Positions 40,846 through 51,483 are shown, counted from the stretch's first letter. The stretch: 64,000 nucleotides of DNA from Deltaproteobacteria bacterium (GCA_033763315.1 JANRKS010000034.1:32001-96000); one strand, 5' to 3'. Translations and numbers: made by a program. The notes: a model not told the origin generated them from the sequence alone.

Positions 40846-41181
40846 GTGTCTATCGAAGTTAGCCCCCGCGCCGTTGAAGAAATCAAGAAGGCGGCAGCCA
40901 AGCGCGCCAACCCTCCCAAGGGGTTGCGGGTGGGCATCCGTGGTGGCGGGTGCACGGGCTTCACGTATCTGTTCGAGTGGGCGGACAACGATCCACGCCC
41001 AGAAGATCAGGTGCTGTCTTATGAAGACGGACGCGTGCAGGTGTTCATCGATCCGAAGAGCAAGGTATTTCTCGAGGGTTCAACTTTGGATTTTGCCACC
41101 ACGCTGATGCAACGCGGGTTCAAGTGGGTGAACCCCAATGCCAAGGGTGCGTGTGGCTGTGGCGAAAGCGTGCAGTTTTAA
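40846..41181 (+). CDS. iscA: A-type Fe-S carrier IscA
   Basis: GGGCTGFTY and NPNAKGACGCGES motifs; position in the operon. Confidence 0.93.
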   Translation: MSIEVSPRAVEEIKKAAAKRANPPKGLRVGIRGGGCTGFTYLFEWADNDPRPEDQVLSYEDGRVQVFIDPKSKVFLEGSTLDFATTLMQRGFKWVNPNAKGACGCGESVQF

Positions 41182-41268
41182 GCAACGTTGTGGGTGCGCC
41201 GCCTTGCGGGGGCGCTATCTTCGGCGTTGCCCCGTTGCCTTTGCCAGCGGGCGGGGCACGAGGCTTTT

Positions 41269-41919
41269 ATGATTTGTTGGTCCTGCCAAAAGAACGTTGC
41301 CGCCACGGAGTTTTGTTCCGCGTGTGGTGCGATTCTGCCACTTGATGGCCGCCCCGACCACTTCACTCTGATCGGCGCGCCGATGCGCTTCTCGCAAGAT
41401 ATGGCCGCCCTTGAGCGGCGCTATAAAGAGTCCACGCGCGCTGTTCATCCCGATAAGTTTGCGCGGGCCGACGCACAAGCGCGCCGCGCGGCCATGCAAC
41501 GCACAGTGGCCTTGAATGAAGCTTGGCGAACGCTGCGAGACCCGATCGCGCGTGCCGAGTATCTCGTGCGCCTTTTGGGCATTGATGTGGGCACAGAAGA
41601 CGGCACGCTTCGGCGCACGGAAACCGGGCAGGAGAAGGTTGCCGTTGATCCCACATTGCTGGCCGACATGATGGAAAAACGCGAGGCCCTCATGGAGGCG
41701 CGCGAGCAAGAGGATTACGCTGCCTTGGCAAGGCTGGCCCGGCAGGTGCGCGCCAGCTACGAGCAGGCGCTTTTGGAAGCGCAAACAGCTTTGGATAGGC
41801 AGGCCGCGGGCGACACCGAGCGTGCCGCAAAATGTTTGGTGGCGGTTCGATACTATCGCCGCTTTCTTGATTCGTTCGAAGACGGTGGCCACGCGTCGCC
41901 AGGAGCACAGCATGGCTGA
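41269..41919 (+). CDS. hscB: Co-chaperone HscB with N-terminal tetracysteine domain
   Basis: CWSC-x8-FCSAC, J-domain [19 protein letters not shown]. Confidence 0.92.
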   Translation: MICWSCQKNVAATEFCSACGAILPLDGRPDHFTLIGAPMRFSQDMAALERRYKESTRAVHPDKFARADAQARRAAMQRTVALNEAWRTLRDPIARAEYLVRLLGIDVGTEDGTLRRTETGQEKVAVDPTLLADMMEKREALMEAREQEDYAALARLARQVRASYEQALLEAQTALDRQAAGDTERAAKCLVAVRYYRRFLDSFEDGGHASPGAQHG

Positions 41920-43867
41920 AGCGTTATTTCAGATCTCAGAACCAGGAGAGTCGCGGTCGAAGGAAGCCTGCAAGGGTCGCGCGGCTGGGATTGATCTTGG
42001 CACAACAAACTCGCTCATCGCGATCGTGAATGCGGGCGAGCCCCAGTGCTTGCCTGACGAACGGGGCGAGGCGTTGGTTCCTTCCGCCGTTTATTACGGG
42101 GCGGACGGAACGATAGCGGTTGGCGCGCGGGCGCGGCACGAGTTGGCATTGGTGCACCCCAAGGACACGATTGTTTCGGTCAAGCGATTCATGGGGCGCG
42201 GGCCAAACGACGCGGAGGCCACGCGCAAGCTAACGCCCTACGTATTTGCGCCCAGCGCGGCTTCGGATCCGGTGGTGCGATTCTCTGTGGCGCAAGGCAA
42301 ACGGGCCGTTACCCCGATTGAAGTGTCAGCCGATATCTTGCGGGCGCTCAAACAGCGAGCGGAAGCGGCTTTGGACGGTCCTTTAGATGGCGTCGTGATC
42401 ACGGTGCCGGCGTACTTCGACGATGGCCAGCGGCAAGCGACGCGCGACGCTGGACGCTTGGCGGGGTTGGAGGTGTTGCGCTTGCTCAATGAGCCCACGG
42501 CGGCGGCCTTAGCGTACGGCCTGGACAAGAAGGTGGATGGCACCTTTGCCGTGTTCGATTTGGGTGGTGGCACGTTCGACATATCGATCTTGGTGCTGGA
42601 CGGCGGCGTGTTCGAGGTGAAATCAACAGGTGGCGATTCGGCCTTGGGCGGCGACGATTTTGATCGCGCGATCGCCGAAGTGCTGCTGGCGCGCGCGGGC
42701 GAAGATGCGGCGGCGGGTGGCAACGCGCAAGCGGCCCGGGCCGTGCTTGACGCAGCCAAGCGGGCCAAGGAAGCGTTGACGACGGCTCACGAAACACCCG
42801 TCTCGGTCACACGATCGGACCGGTCAGTGTGGAACGGCGTATTGACCCGTGCGGAGATGGAAGCGGCTTGCCAACCGGTGTTGAACCGATGCGCGCCCGC
42901 ATGCAAGCAGGCGATGAAAGACGCACACATTACAGTGGGAAATCTCGACGGCGTGATCCTGGTGGGTGGGGCCACGCGGATGCCGCTTGTGCGTGCGTTC
43001 GTCAAAGAGCTGTTCGGGCAAGAGCCTTTGGCTGACATCGATCCTGATCAGGTGGTGGCGCTGGGCGCCGCAGTGCAGGCTGAATTGCTGGCCGGCGGTG
43101 ACAACCCCGGCGACATCGTGTTGCTGGACGTGGTGCCTTTGTCACTCGGACTTGAGATGATGGGCGGTGTGGTGGAAAAGCTGATTCACCGCAACAGCAC
43201 CGTGCCGTGCGGCGCAACGCAGACGTTTACGACTTACGCTGACAACCAAACCGGTTTTGACTTGCACGTGGTGCAAGGCGAGCGCGAGATGGCACACGAA
43301 GGCCGGTCGTTGGCGCGCTTTAAGCTCACGGGCGTGCCGCCCTTGCCTGCGGGCATGGCGCGCTTGGAGGTGACCTTCACCGTGGACGCCGATGGCATCC
43401 TAAGTGTGTCGGCGCAAGAGTTGATGACAGGGCAAGTGGCCAGCGTGCAAGTGAAACCGAGTTATGGCCTCACGGACGAAGAGGTTGAACGCATGCTGCT
43501 GGATTCGTACGCGCACGCTGATGAAGACGTGCGCCTGCGTTTGCTCACCGAGCAACGCGTGGAAGCCGAACGAATTTTATCGGCCACACGCGCCGCGCTT
43601 GCCGCCACGCCCGAGCTTCTGCAGGGCGATGAGTTGCCGCGCATCGAAGAGTCGATGGCGGCGCTGGAATCGCTCAAAGGCGGCACGGATCACAACGCCA
43701 TTCACAAAGGCATCGAGAACTTGGATCTCACGTCCAAGAACTTCGCGGCCCGCCGCATGAACCGTGCGCTTGAACAGGGTTTGCGCGGCCGCGATTTGGG
43801 CGTCATTGAGCATGAAATTGAAGAGCACAAGGTGAAGTCACACGGAAGTTCGGAAGCTTCCCACTAA
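41912..43867 (+). CDS. hscA: Fe-S chaperone HscA
   Basis: [27 protein letters not shown]; operon context. Confidence 0.95.
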   Translation: MAEALFQISEPGESRSKEACKGRAAGIDLGTTNSLIAIVNAGEPQCLPDERGEALVPSAVYYGADGTIAVGARARHELALVHPKDTIVSVKRFMGRGPNDAEATRKLTPYVFAPSAASDPVVRFSVAQGKRAVTPIEVSADILRALKQRAEAALDGPLDGVVITVPAYFDDGQRQATRDAGRLAGLEVLRLLNEPTAAALAYGLDKKVDGTFAVFDLGGGTFDISILVLDGGVFEVKSTGGDSALGGDDFDRAIAEVLLARAGEDAAAGGNAQAARAVLDAAKRAKEALTTAHETPVSVTRSDRSVWNGVLTRAEMEAACQPVLNRCAPACKQAMKDAHITVGNLDGVILVGGATRMPLVRAFVKELFGQEPLADIDPDQVVALGAAVQAELLAGGDNPGDIVLLDVVPLSLGLEMMGGVVEKLIHRNSTVPCGATQTFTTYADNQTGFDLHVVQGEREMAHEGRSLARFKLTGVPPLPAGMARLEVTFTVDADGILSVSAQELMTGQVASVQVKPSYGLTDEEVERMLLDSYAHADEDVRLRLLTEQRVEAERILSATRAALAATPELLQGDELPRIEESMAALESLKGGTDHNAIHKGIENLDLTSKNFAARRMNRALEQGLRGRDLGVIEHEIEEHKVKSHGSSEASH

Positions 43868-43878
43868 GGTCACACGCA

Positions 43879-44214
43879 ATGCCAAAAGTTCGTTTTTTGC
43901 CAGATGGAATTGAAACCGAAGTGGCCGCAGGCACGAGCATCCTCGAAGCCGCTCGCCAATGTGGCGCGCACGTGGGGTCTGCGTGCGGTGGCGTGTGTGC
44001 TTGTTCAACGTGCCACGTTTATGTGAAAGCCGGGTTTTCCGAGCTTTCAGATGTGCAAGAGAACGAAGAGGACATCATCGAAAAGGCTTTCGATGTGAAA
44101 GCCTCGTCGCGCTTGGGCTGCCAGGCACGCATGCAGGGCAGCGGCAGCTACGAAGTTGAGATTACGGCGGAAAGCCGCAAGGCGTTCTTAGACGAACACC
44201 CTGACCTTCGTTGA
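43879..44214 (+). CDS. fdx: ISC [2Fe-2S] ferredoxin
   Basis: CGGVCACSTCHVYV...SRLGCQ. Confidence 0.93.
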   Translation: MPKVRFLPDGIETEVAAGTSILEAARQCGAHVGSACGGVCACSTCHVYVKAGFSELSDVQENEEDIIEKAFDVKASSRLGCQARMQGSGSYEVEITAESRKAFLDEHPDLR

Positions 44215-44228
44215 ATCGTTGGCGCCGC

Positions 44229-44981
44229 TCACTTGGTCTTCGGGGCCAGCTGGGGGAAGTGCGTGGCCAATTCACCCATATCGACCCAAGCGCCAAGTTC
44301 GAGATCGGAAGGAAGCTCGACGCCTCCGTAAGCCACGCGGCACAAGCCCAAGACGTGGCTTCCCAGCGCCGCGAAGATCCGACGCACTTCGTGATAAGCG
44401 CCGCCCACGATGGTGATGCTCGCCAGGGCTTGCGTCTCGGGTGGCTGCACGAGGGCCACGTGCGCCTCGTGAGCGGCCAGCGGCCGTAGCTGCAAGACGT
44501 TCGGCTCGTGGCCGTCGTCGAGCACAAGCTTGTCGGGCAGCGTACCCGCGGGACGAGCCAAGGCGGCGTGGTAGGTGCGTGAGATCTCGTTCTTCGGATG
44601 CGTGAGCTTGTGCAACAGCTGGCCGTCTGTCGTCCACAACAACAAGCCCGTGGTGTCCTTGTCGAGGCGGCCCACAGCGCGTAAGTCGTCGAACAACGGC
44701 GCGTCGGCGATCAACTGCGCGGCTATGGGATGTTCACGATCTTTGAGCGCCGTGACATAGCCGGTGGGTTTGTTCAGCAGCAAGGAGAAGCTCTCTCGTA
44801 GCGTGACTTCGTCGTCACCGATTGTGACAGTCAACGGCAGCGCCGACTCAGCGATCGAAAAGCCGCCATCCTCCACAACATCGCCGTTCGGAAGCGTGAC
44901 CTGGCCTGCTCGAAGCCACTGGGTTACGTGCTTGCGCGAAGCACCCAAAGTGCGCGCGATGAGGCGATCAATTCTTGGCAT
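44229..44981 (-). CDS. rRNA pseudouridine synthase (RsuA-like)
   Basis: S4-like N-terminus, LNKPTGYV, VGRLDKDTTGLLL, GAYHEVRR. Confidence 0.88.
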   Translation of the reverse strand: MPRIDRLIARTLGASRKHVTQWLRAGQVTLPNGDVVEDGGFSIAESALPLTVTIGDDEVTLRESFSLLLNKPTGYVTALKDREHPIAAQLIADAPLFDDLRAVGRLDKDTTGLLLWTTDGQLLHKLTHPKNEISRTYHAALARPAGTLPDKLVLDDGHEPNVLQLRPLAAHEAHVALVQPPETQALASITIVGGAYHEVRRIFAALGSHVLGLCRVAYGGVELPSDLELGAWVDMGELATHFPQLAPKTK

Positions 44982-45041
44982 GACCCGCTTTCATCGCGTG
45001 CCAGCTGCAGCGGCGCAAGGTAGAAACGGCATTCCGTGACG

Positions 45042-45512
45042 ATGTCTGAGCGTTTTTTGCATGTGGTGCTGGTGGAACCCGAAATCCATTGGAATACGGG
45101 CAACGTGGGCCGCACGTGTTTGGCGCTCGGCGCGCAGTTGCATTTGGTGGAGCCGCTGGGGTTTTCGCTCGACGAGCGCCAAGTCCGGCGGGCCGGGCTG
45201 GATTATTGGCCGCGGGTGGATCCAAAGTTGTGGCCGTCCTGGGACGCCTTTGAAGCGGCCTTGCCGGCCCTAGGGCAGCCGTTCTTTTTTGCGACGGGCG
45301 CGTCCCGCAGCTATTGGGACGCGCGCTTTCCAAAGCCCTGCGTTCTCATCTTTGGCCGAGAGAGCGTTGGCTTGCCACGTGGCTTGTTGCAGCGCTACGC
45401 CAACGATCTTTGGCATCTGCCCATGCAGCCAGACTCGGTGCGGTCTTTGAACCTTTCGACGTCGGCGGCTGTCGCTATGTACGAGGTGACCCGACAATGG
45501 GCGGCCCGATAG
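45042..45512 (+). CDS. trmL: tRNA (cytidine/uridine-34 2'-O)-methyltransferase
   Basis: VLVEPEIHWNTGNVGRTC, RRAGLDYW, FGRESVGLP, RSLNLS. Confidence 0.92.
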   Translation: MSERFLHVVLVEPEIHWNTGNVGRTCLALGAQLHLVEPLGFSLDERQVRRAGLDYWPRVDPKLWPSWDAFEAALPALGQPFFFATGASRSYWDARFPKPCVLIFGRESVGLPRGLLQRYANDLWHLPMQPDSVRSLNLSTSAAVAMYEVTRQWAAR

Positions 45513-45644
45513 TCCGCGTGTCTGTTAGGTAACGGCAAATGTGGCGCCGCCGCCAATCCCCTGGCGGGTTCGCCTCAAGGTCACATAGCCTTCGCCCGAA
45601 AAACCAAGGGAATACTTGCCCCTATAAAGGGGCCTGGAGAGGAC

Positions 45645-48050
45645 TTGGCTCTGGCCGCTTTGACTTCCACCCTCAGATTTGGGGACTACGACGTAGACAT
45701 GCTGCTCGGGCCGGGCAGCGTGACCGAGACCTATCGGGCGTCGCGCAATGGCGGCACCTCGGTGGCATTGAAGCTGCTGCGCCCTGACCGTGGGGGCAGC
45801 GATCCAAAAGTCCGCGACGCGTTTATTGCCATTGCCAAGCGCAACAAGACTTTGCGGCTGCCTGGCGTCGCCAAAGTGGTGGACATCCACGAGGGTCCCG
45901 ATGATGTGTTCATCGCCACCGAACTATTGGACGGCGTGAACCTCGAGGGCTTGTTCGATTCAGCCACGGCCTCCGGCAGCATGGACCCACAACTTGTGGG
46001 GCAAATGGGCGTGCAGATTGCGCGCGTGCTCACCCGGTTGCATGAGCGGCGTGAGCCGATCGTTCATGGCGGTCTGTGTCCCGCGAATGTGATCGTCACG
46101 TCCGGCGGGCGCGTGACGCTTGTGGATCCAGGTATCTCAGCGGCTTTGCGTTCGTTGACTGAGTACCCGGTCGACCGCAGCTGGTTCACAGCGCCTGAAG
46201 TGCTGCTCGATAAGCAGGCGCCCTCGGTGGCGTCCGATATCTACGGATTGGGTGCGGTGCTCTTTTACCTGCTCACGGGCGAGCCGCCTGTGATGGGTGA
46301 AACAGAAGAGGAGCTGCAGGAGCTGTTCGATGAAGGCCCGCCCACGGTGCCTGGGTTGCCCGATTGGCTTGAAGACAGCCTCGCCGTCATGTTGTCTCGC
46401 GATCCGCACGATCGACCGCGGTCAGCGGCGGCCGCCGCCTTAAGTCTCAACCCTTTCCCCGAAGGGGCCACACGCCTTGGGGCCATCGTGTCGGGGAACA
46501 CACCAGGGCCGATCAGCGTGGGCTATCCACAGACCAGCGAGTTCGATCCGATGGTGGGTCGCGGCACGATGGTGTTGGGTGACGCCGTTTCGCCCCAATC
46601 GGCGTCGAGTTCGTCTTTGTCGGCTGTTCCAAGTGATGGTGGCCTTGGCTTGGAAGCGGATTCCCCTGAGAACCCTTTCGATGCGCAAGGCTCGGAAGCC
46701 GGCGTGCGCCCAGCGCTGGAGTCGCAAGTGCCGCCCGCGCCCGCCGCGAAGGCCAAAGCGCCCCCGGCCACGCCACCGAAACCCGCCCCCGGCCCGATGA
46801 CGCTCACGCCTCTGCGTCCCGTCGCGGTGTTAGACGCGGCAGCGCAGCCGGCGCTGGGGCTGTCAAACGAACCGCAATGGGCTGACAGTGCGCCTGCACC
46901 CGTGGCCTTGGCCAGTGAGCCGCGCTGGGCCGATGATGGCATTTCGATTGGTTTGTCGAACGAACCGCAGTGGGCCGATAAGCCCGCGTCGAAGGGCGGC
47001 CCCGCATTGCCGAATGAGCCCCAATGGGTGGACGCAGGGGCCTCGATGGTGGCCGCGGCCCGCATGCCTATGCCCGGCATGGATGATTACCTCGATCTTC
47101 CGGGCGCCGCACCCCTGGGCGCAAGTTCCAACGGCATTGGTGTGGCCGCCAGAGTGGAGCTGCCTGAGCTGGACGTTGACATGGCGAGCCCCACGATCTC
47201 GCCCGCGGTGCACGAGGACGATGATCGCGCGCCGCAGGGGTTTGTGAGCTTCGGTAACCGCACCAGCGAATCACCCGTTGATGTGAGTGCTTTGGGGGCC
47301 GTTGGGTTCTCTGAGGAAGACGAAGAAGCGCAAGCGGCGGGAGGGGGCGGGGTTCAGGGCATCGTGTTGCCTCAGGTTCCGCGCCGTGCTGGATCCGCGC
47401 GTAAAGGCGCCGCTGCGGCAAAATCGTCAGGTTCGCTGGCCAAGGTGGCCATCGTGTTGGTTGTGCTGGCGGGCGGGGGTGCTTTGGCGATGAAGATGTT
47501 GTCGAAGCCGGTCACCGTCCTGCCCGGTCCAGAGCAATTGGCGAAAGAGAACCCCAGCGAGGCCGCGGCCGAAGTGAAGGCCACGGCGCAAAAGCCGCCC
47601 GAGGATTCGCAGGCGCGTGGCGAATTGACGATCATCACAACGCCGCGCGGAGCCACCATTTGGGTGGATGGCCAAGAAAAAGGCAAAACGCCATTGACGG
47701 TGCAAACGGCCCCGGGCGCGCATCGTGTGGTGATCGTGAAGCCAGGCTTCAAAATGTTGCGCGAAGTGACCGACACGGCGGAAGGGCTCACGATCAAACG
47801 CACCTTGCCGCCGGCAAACATCAACTTTGGCGGCAACGTAATGTTGAAGGTTGAGTGCAAGACAACGGGGAAATATCCCGTGTTTATCGATGGAAAAGAC
47901 ACGGGCTTGTTGTGTCCCATCGAGGGCGTCAAAGTGCCCGATGGCAACAGGCTCATCGGCGTTTACGTGATCCCAGACAACAAGATCTGGAGTTTTGAAC
48001 GCGAAGTGAACGCGGGCACCAAAGCCCATCGCGTCGTCTTTAGTTACTAA
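45645..48050 (+). CDS. Ser/Thr kinase-like (probable pseudokinase) membrane protein with PEGA domain
   Basis: VALK kept, but HGGLCPAN replaces HRD, DPG replaces DFG and the P-loop is degenerate. Low-complexity linker, TM helix, PEGA (TTPRGATIWVDG..GKTP). Confidence 0.82.
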   Translation: MALAALTSTLRFGDYDVDMLLGPGSVTETYRASRNGGTSVALKLLRPDRGGSDPKVRDAFIAIAKRNKTLRLPGVAKVVDIHEGPDDVFIATELLDGVNLEGLFDSATASGSMDPQLVGQMGVQIARVLTRLHERREPIVHGGLCPANVIVTSGGRVTLVDPGISAALRSLTEYPVDRSWFTAPEVLLDKQAPSVASDIYGLGAVLFYLLTGEPPVMGETEEELQELFDEGPPTVPGLPDWLEDSLAVMLSRDPHDRPRSAAAAALSLNPFPEGATRLGAIVSGNTPGPISVGYPQTSEFDPMVGRGTMVLGDAVSPQSASSSSLSAVPSDGGLGLEADSPENPFDAQGSEAGVRPALESQVPPAPAAKAKAPPATPPKPAPGPMTLTPLRPVAVLDAAAQPALGLSNEPQWADSAPAPVALASEPRWADDGISIGLSNEPQWADKPASKGGPALPNEPQWVDAGASMVAAARMPMPGMDDYLDLPGAAPLGASSNGIGVAARVELPELDVDMASPTISPAVHEDDDRAPQGFVSFGNRTSESPVDVSALGAVGFSEEDEEAQAAGGGGVQGIVLPQVPRRAGSARKGAAAAKSSGSLAKVAIVLVVLAGGGALAMKMLSKPVTVLPGPEQLAKENPSEAAAEVKATAQKPPEDSQARGELTIITTPRGATIWVDGQEKGKTPLTVQTAPGAHRVVIVKPGFKMLREVTDTAEGLTIKRTLPPANINFGGNVMLKVECKTTGKYPVFIDGKDTGLLCPIEGVKVPDGNRLIGVYVIPDNKIWSFEREVNAGTKAHRVVFSY

Positions 48051-48070
48051 TGCACCGCTCGCGAAGTGCA

Positions 48071-50680
48071 CTAGCGCCGCAGTTTCTCTTCGGCACGCAC
48101 GAGGCCGGCGTTGGCCGCCGCGTTGTTAGGTTCCAACTTCAGTGCCTCGCGGTAGGCGGAGGCCGCTTTGGCGTATTCGTCGTCGAAGAAAAACGCCTTG
48201 CCCAAAAGCACATAGCCTCGCGCCTTCGCACCTTGTTCGACCGCTTTTTCGGCCAACAGCTGCGCTTGGAATAAGTGATCGGCGCGGAATTCTTGTTCGG
48301 CCAGCTGCAACGTGGACTCGAAGGCAGGGGGCCCTGCGGGAGCCACGGGCGATAAATCAGGTTTGTGTTTCTCGGCCGTTTTCGTGGCGTGTTGTGCGGG
48401 CGCCGCCGTTTCTTTACGCGGAGGAGGCGCGGCGGCTTCTTGAACGATGGGCGCTGTGGGAACAACGGTGGGCACAGGGGCGGGATCTGCGGGAGGCGGC
48501 AGGGGGGCGGCCCTCTGTGGCGCGTGGGTCACCGGCGCGGCAACGGCTGGTGTTGGTGCTCGCGTCTCGATTTGATCGCGTGGGTGAGGCTCTCGCAAGA
48601 CGAAGTAGGCGCCGCCGCCCAGGAGCGCGACGCCTGTGAACAACAGCCACAGCTTTTGCCTGCCCAGCACAACGCGAGGCATGCGCGCGGTGGCCGAGGC
48701 TGTGACGTGCGAGGCCGCGTTCGGCGCTTTCATGGCCATCACACTTGAGCCGTTGGCGCGCACGCGTTCGAGGATCTTCACCAACGCCTGGCGTAACTCT
48801 GTCATCGACTGAGGTCGATCGTCGGGGCGCCGCTCAAGTGCCCGCATGATCAGCTTTTCAAGTTCAGGTGGCAGATCGTTGCGCCATTGTGTGATGGGAA
48901 CCGCCGGATCGTGAAGCTTGCGCTGCCACACTTCCTGTACGGACTCGCCTGGATCTGGCGATTCGCCGCCCGTCAGCATGTTGTAAAGCAGGCCGCCCAA
49001 GGCATAGATGTCGACGCGGAAATCTACGTTTTTGCCCGAATCCACTTGCTCGGGTGCCATGTAGCGTGGCGTCCCAACCGCGGCGTCGGTCTTCGTCAAT
49101 TCGTCGCTGGTGGTGGAGCGAAGGAACTTCGCCACACCAAAGTCGAGCACCTTAACGAGTTCGTTGCCTTCGCGCTCGCGCACCAGCATCACGTTGCCGG
49201 GTTTGAGATCGCGATGAATGATGCCCGCCCTGTGCGCCGCTTCGAGCGCGCGGCAAATTTGGATGCTGATCACCAAACAACGTTCGATTGATAACTGGCC
49301 ATCACGCCGAATCAGCTTGCTTAGATCGACGCCATCCACGTATTCCATGACGAAGAAAAAATCTCCGCCCGGTGTGGTGCCGCAGTCGGTGACGTCAGCG
49401 ATGTTGGCGTGGCCGATCTGCGACGCGGCGTTGGCCTCAAGTTTAAAACGTTCGATGAGTTCGCTCTTGCGACGTTCCGCATGACGCGGGACCTTGATCG
49501 CCACGCGTTTGCCGATGCCGGTGTGGTGGCCTTCATAGACGCGTCCCATCGCGCCTTCACCGATCAACCTCTTAACGTAATAACGCTCGGCCAACACCAA
49601 GCCAATCATCGGATCGGCTGGTGTCATGTTTTCGGGAACGGCGGCCAAATACGTGTCTGAAGGGCGCGCCTTGATGGTGGCGACGGCCCGCGCCACCATC
49701 GCTTCCTCTTCGGCGGCCTCTGACTTTGCGTCGGCGTCAAACAGCTGCGTGAGAAAATGCGAAAGCCCAAGCTTGCTTGCGTCTTTGGGGGCAAAGCGTG
49801 CGAGCGACTGCCCGAACCCGGCCGCACTTTGAAAACGTTCAGCCGGATCCGAAGCCAGCGCTTTGAGCACAACGCGATCAAGGCCTTCTTCCACCGCGCC
49901 GTTGAACTGTGACGGCGGTGGCACCGCGCCCGCGGCGGCGCGCACTTGTTCGTTGGGGTAAAGCTGGCGCCCTGTGAGCAATTCCCACAAGATCAATCCC
50001 AGCGAAAAAATGTCGCTGCGGTGATCGATCGGTCGGCCCGTATGCTGCTCGGGCGACATATAGCTGACCTTGCCCCAATTGATGCCGCTGATCGTTTGTG
50101 CCAGCTTGCTGCGCCATTTGGCCAAGCCAAAGTCGATCAACTTCACGCCGCCTGTGTAAGACAGCATCACGTTCGAGGGTGAAATGTCGCGGTGAACGAG
50201 ATCGAATCGTTCCAGACCATGGGCGTAGGCCAACCCTGCTGCAATCTCACTGACCAGATGCAAAGTCACCCCAAGAGGGAAGCCCACTTTGCGAACGGCG
50301 CACCGGTTCCAAAGCTCTGCGAGCGTCTTGCCTCGCAGATATTCCATCGCCAGGTAACCTTGTTCGCCCACCACGCCGAAGTCGAAAACGTAGACGAGGT
50401 TCTCATGCGAAAGCTTTGTGACCACTTTCGCTTCGTCTAAAAAGCGTTTGCCCAGTTCATGCGGCTCGCGGCCCGGCGATTCGAGTTGCCGAATCACTTT
50501 CAACGCACACACGCGCTCAGCACCTTCTTGGCCGGTGAGCGCCATGAAGATCTGCCCCATGCCGCCTTGACCTAGCTCTTTGAGCAAGGTGTAGCGCGCG
50601 CCGAAAGGGCGAGGGTAAAGGTCGCTTAGCGCACCTCGGGGCTTGCTGGTTTGGCTCAGGGACACGGCGGCGGGGGGCAT
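48071..50680 (-). CDS. Dual-domain Ser/Thr protein kinase with TM helix and C-terminal TPR
   Basis: Two kinase domains (HRDISPSN/DFG; HRDLKPGN/DFG), TM helix, Pro-rich linker, TPR (YAKAASAYREALKLEPNN). Confidence 0.92.
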   Translation of the reverse strand: MPPAAVSLSQTSKPRGALSDLYPRPFGARYTLLKELGQGGMGQIFMALTGQEGAERVCALKVIRQLESPGREPHELGKRFLDEAKVVTKLSHENLVYVFDFGVVGEQGYLAMEYLRGKTLAELWNRCAVRKVGFPLGVTLHLVSEIAAGLAYAHGLERFDLVHRDISPSNVMLSYTGGVKLIDFGLAKWRSKLAQTISGINWGKVSYMSPEQHTGRPIDHRSDIFSLGLILWELLTGRQLYPNEQVRAAAGAVPPPSQFNGAVEEGLDRVVLKALASDPAERFQSAAGFGQSLARFAPKDASKLGLSHFLTQLFDADAKSEAAEEEAMVARAVATIKARPSDTYLAAVPENMTPADPMIGLVLAERYYVKRLIGEGAMGRVYEGHHTGIGKRVAIKVPRHAERRKSELIERFKLEANAASQIGHANIADVTDCGTTPGGDFFFVMEYVDGVDLSKLIRRDGQLSIERCLVISIQICRALEAAHRAGIIHRDLKPGNVMLVREREGNELVKVLDFGVAKFLRSTTSDELTKTDAAVGTPRYMAPEQVDSGKNVDFRVDIYALGGLLYNMLTGGESPDPGESVQEVWQRKLHDPAVPITQWRNDLPPELEKLIMRALERRPDDRPQSMTELRQALVKILERVRANGSSVMAMKAPNAASHVTASATARMPRVVLGRQKLWLLFTGVALLGGGAYFVLREPHPRDQIETRAPTPAVAAPVTHAPQRAAPLPPPADPAPVPTVVPTAPIVQEAAAPPPRKETAAPAQHATKTAEKHKPDLSPVAPAGPPAFESTLQLAEQEFRADHLFQAQLLAEKAVEQGAKARGYVLLGKAFFFDDEYAKAASAYREALKLEPNNAAANAGLVRAEEKLRR

Positions 50681-50709
50681 CCTACAACAGGACGGTGTGA
50701 CTGTGGGTG

Positions 50710-51483
50710 TTAAGCCTCATTGACGACCGGGTTCTTCAAACTACCCACGCCGTCGATTTCGACCTCGCAAACGTCGCCATCCAACAAATCAGCTGTCCCT
50801 ATGGGCGTGCCGGTTGAGACGATGTCGCCAGGGTTCAAAGTCATGATGGTGGACACGTAAGCCACAAGTTCCCACGGCTCGAAGATCAGGTCTTTGCCTG
50901 TGCCTGTTTGTCGGGTTTCGCCGTTGACCTTGCAGCGGATGGTCACCGCGTCGATGTCCACAGGGCCCTCTTCAATCCAGGGGCCAAGGGGCGAGAAGGT
51001 GTCGAAGCCCTTGCATCGCGCGAAGTAGCCTTCTTCAGCTTGGATGTCACGCGCCGTTACGTCGTTGAAGCAGGTGACGCCCGCACCGAACGCCCGCGCG
51101 TATGCGGCTGTAACCCGGTGGCAACGCCGGCCGATGACAATGGCCAACTCCGCTTCGTGTTGAACCTTCTGTGAAGCGCGGGGGCGCACGATCGCATCGC
51201 CGGGTCCCACCAAAGACGAGGGCGGCTTAAAAAACACCAACGGGCGTTTGGGAACCGGCTTCTTGCGCTCTTGGGCGTTGCCCAAAAAATTGTGGGCGAC
51301 GCAAACGATCTTCGTTGGTTCGCAGGGGGCCAGCAGTTTGACATGGCTTAGCCCGAACACCTGACCCGTGGGCTGGCCGCCCTCCCAGGCGGGGGCGTTA
51401 AGGAGTTCAACCGGGCCGGCCGGAGAGGCCATGCGGCCGTAAGAGATACCGATGGGTGTTTGAACGCGAACGAACTTGGCCAT
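50710..51483 (-). CDS. Fumarylacetoacetate hydrolase family protein
   Basis: PTKIVCV, FFKPPSS, HEAELAIVIG, NDVTARD, KGFDTFSPLGP, PGDIVSTGTP. Confidence 0.93.
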   Translation of the reverse strand: MAKFVRVQTPIGISYGRMASPAGPVELLNAPAWEGGQPTGQVFGLSHVKLLAPCEPTKIVCVAHNFLGNAQERKKPVPKRPLVFFKPPSSLVGPGDAIVRPRASQKVQHEAELAIVIGRRCHRVTAAYARAFGAGVTCFNDVTARDIQAEEGYFARCKGFDTFSPLGPWIEEGPVDIDAVTIRCKVNGETRQTGTGKDLIFEPWELVAYVSTIMTLNPGDIVSTGTPIGTADLLDGDVCEVEIDGVGSLKNPVVNEA

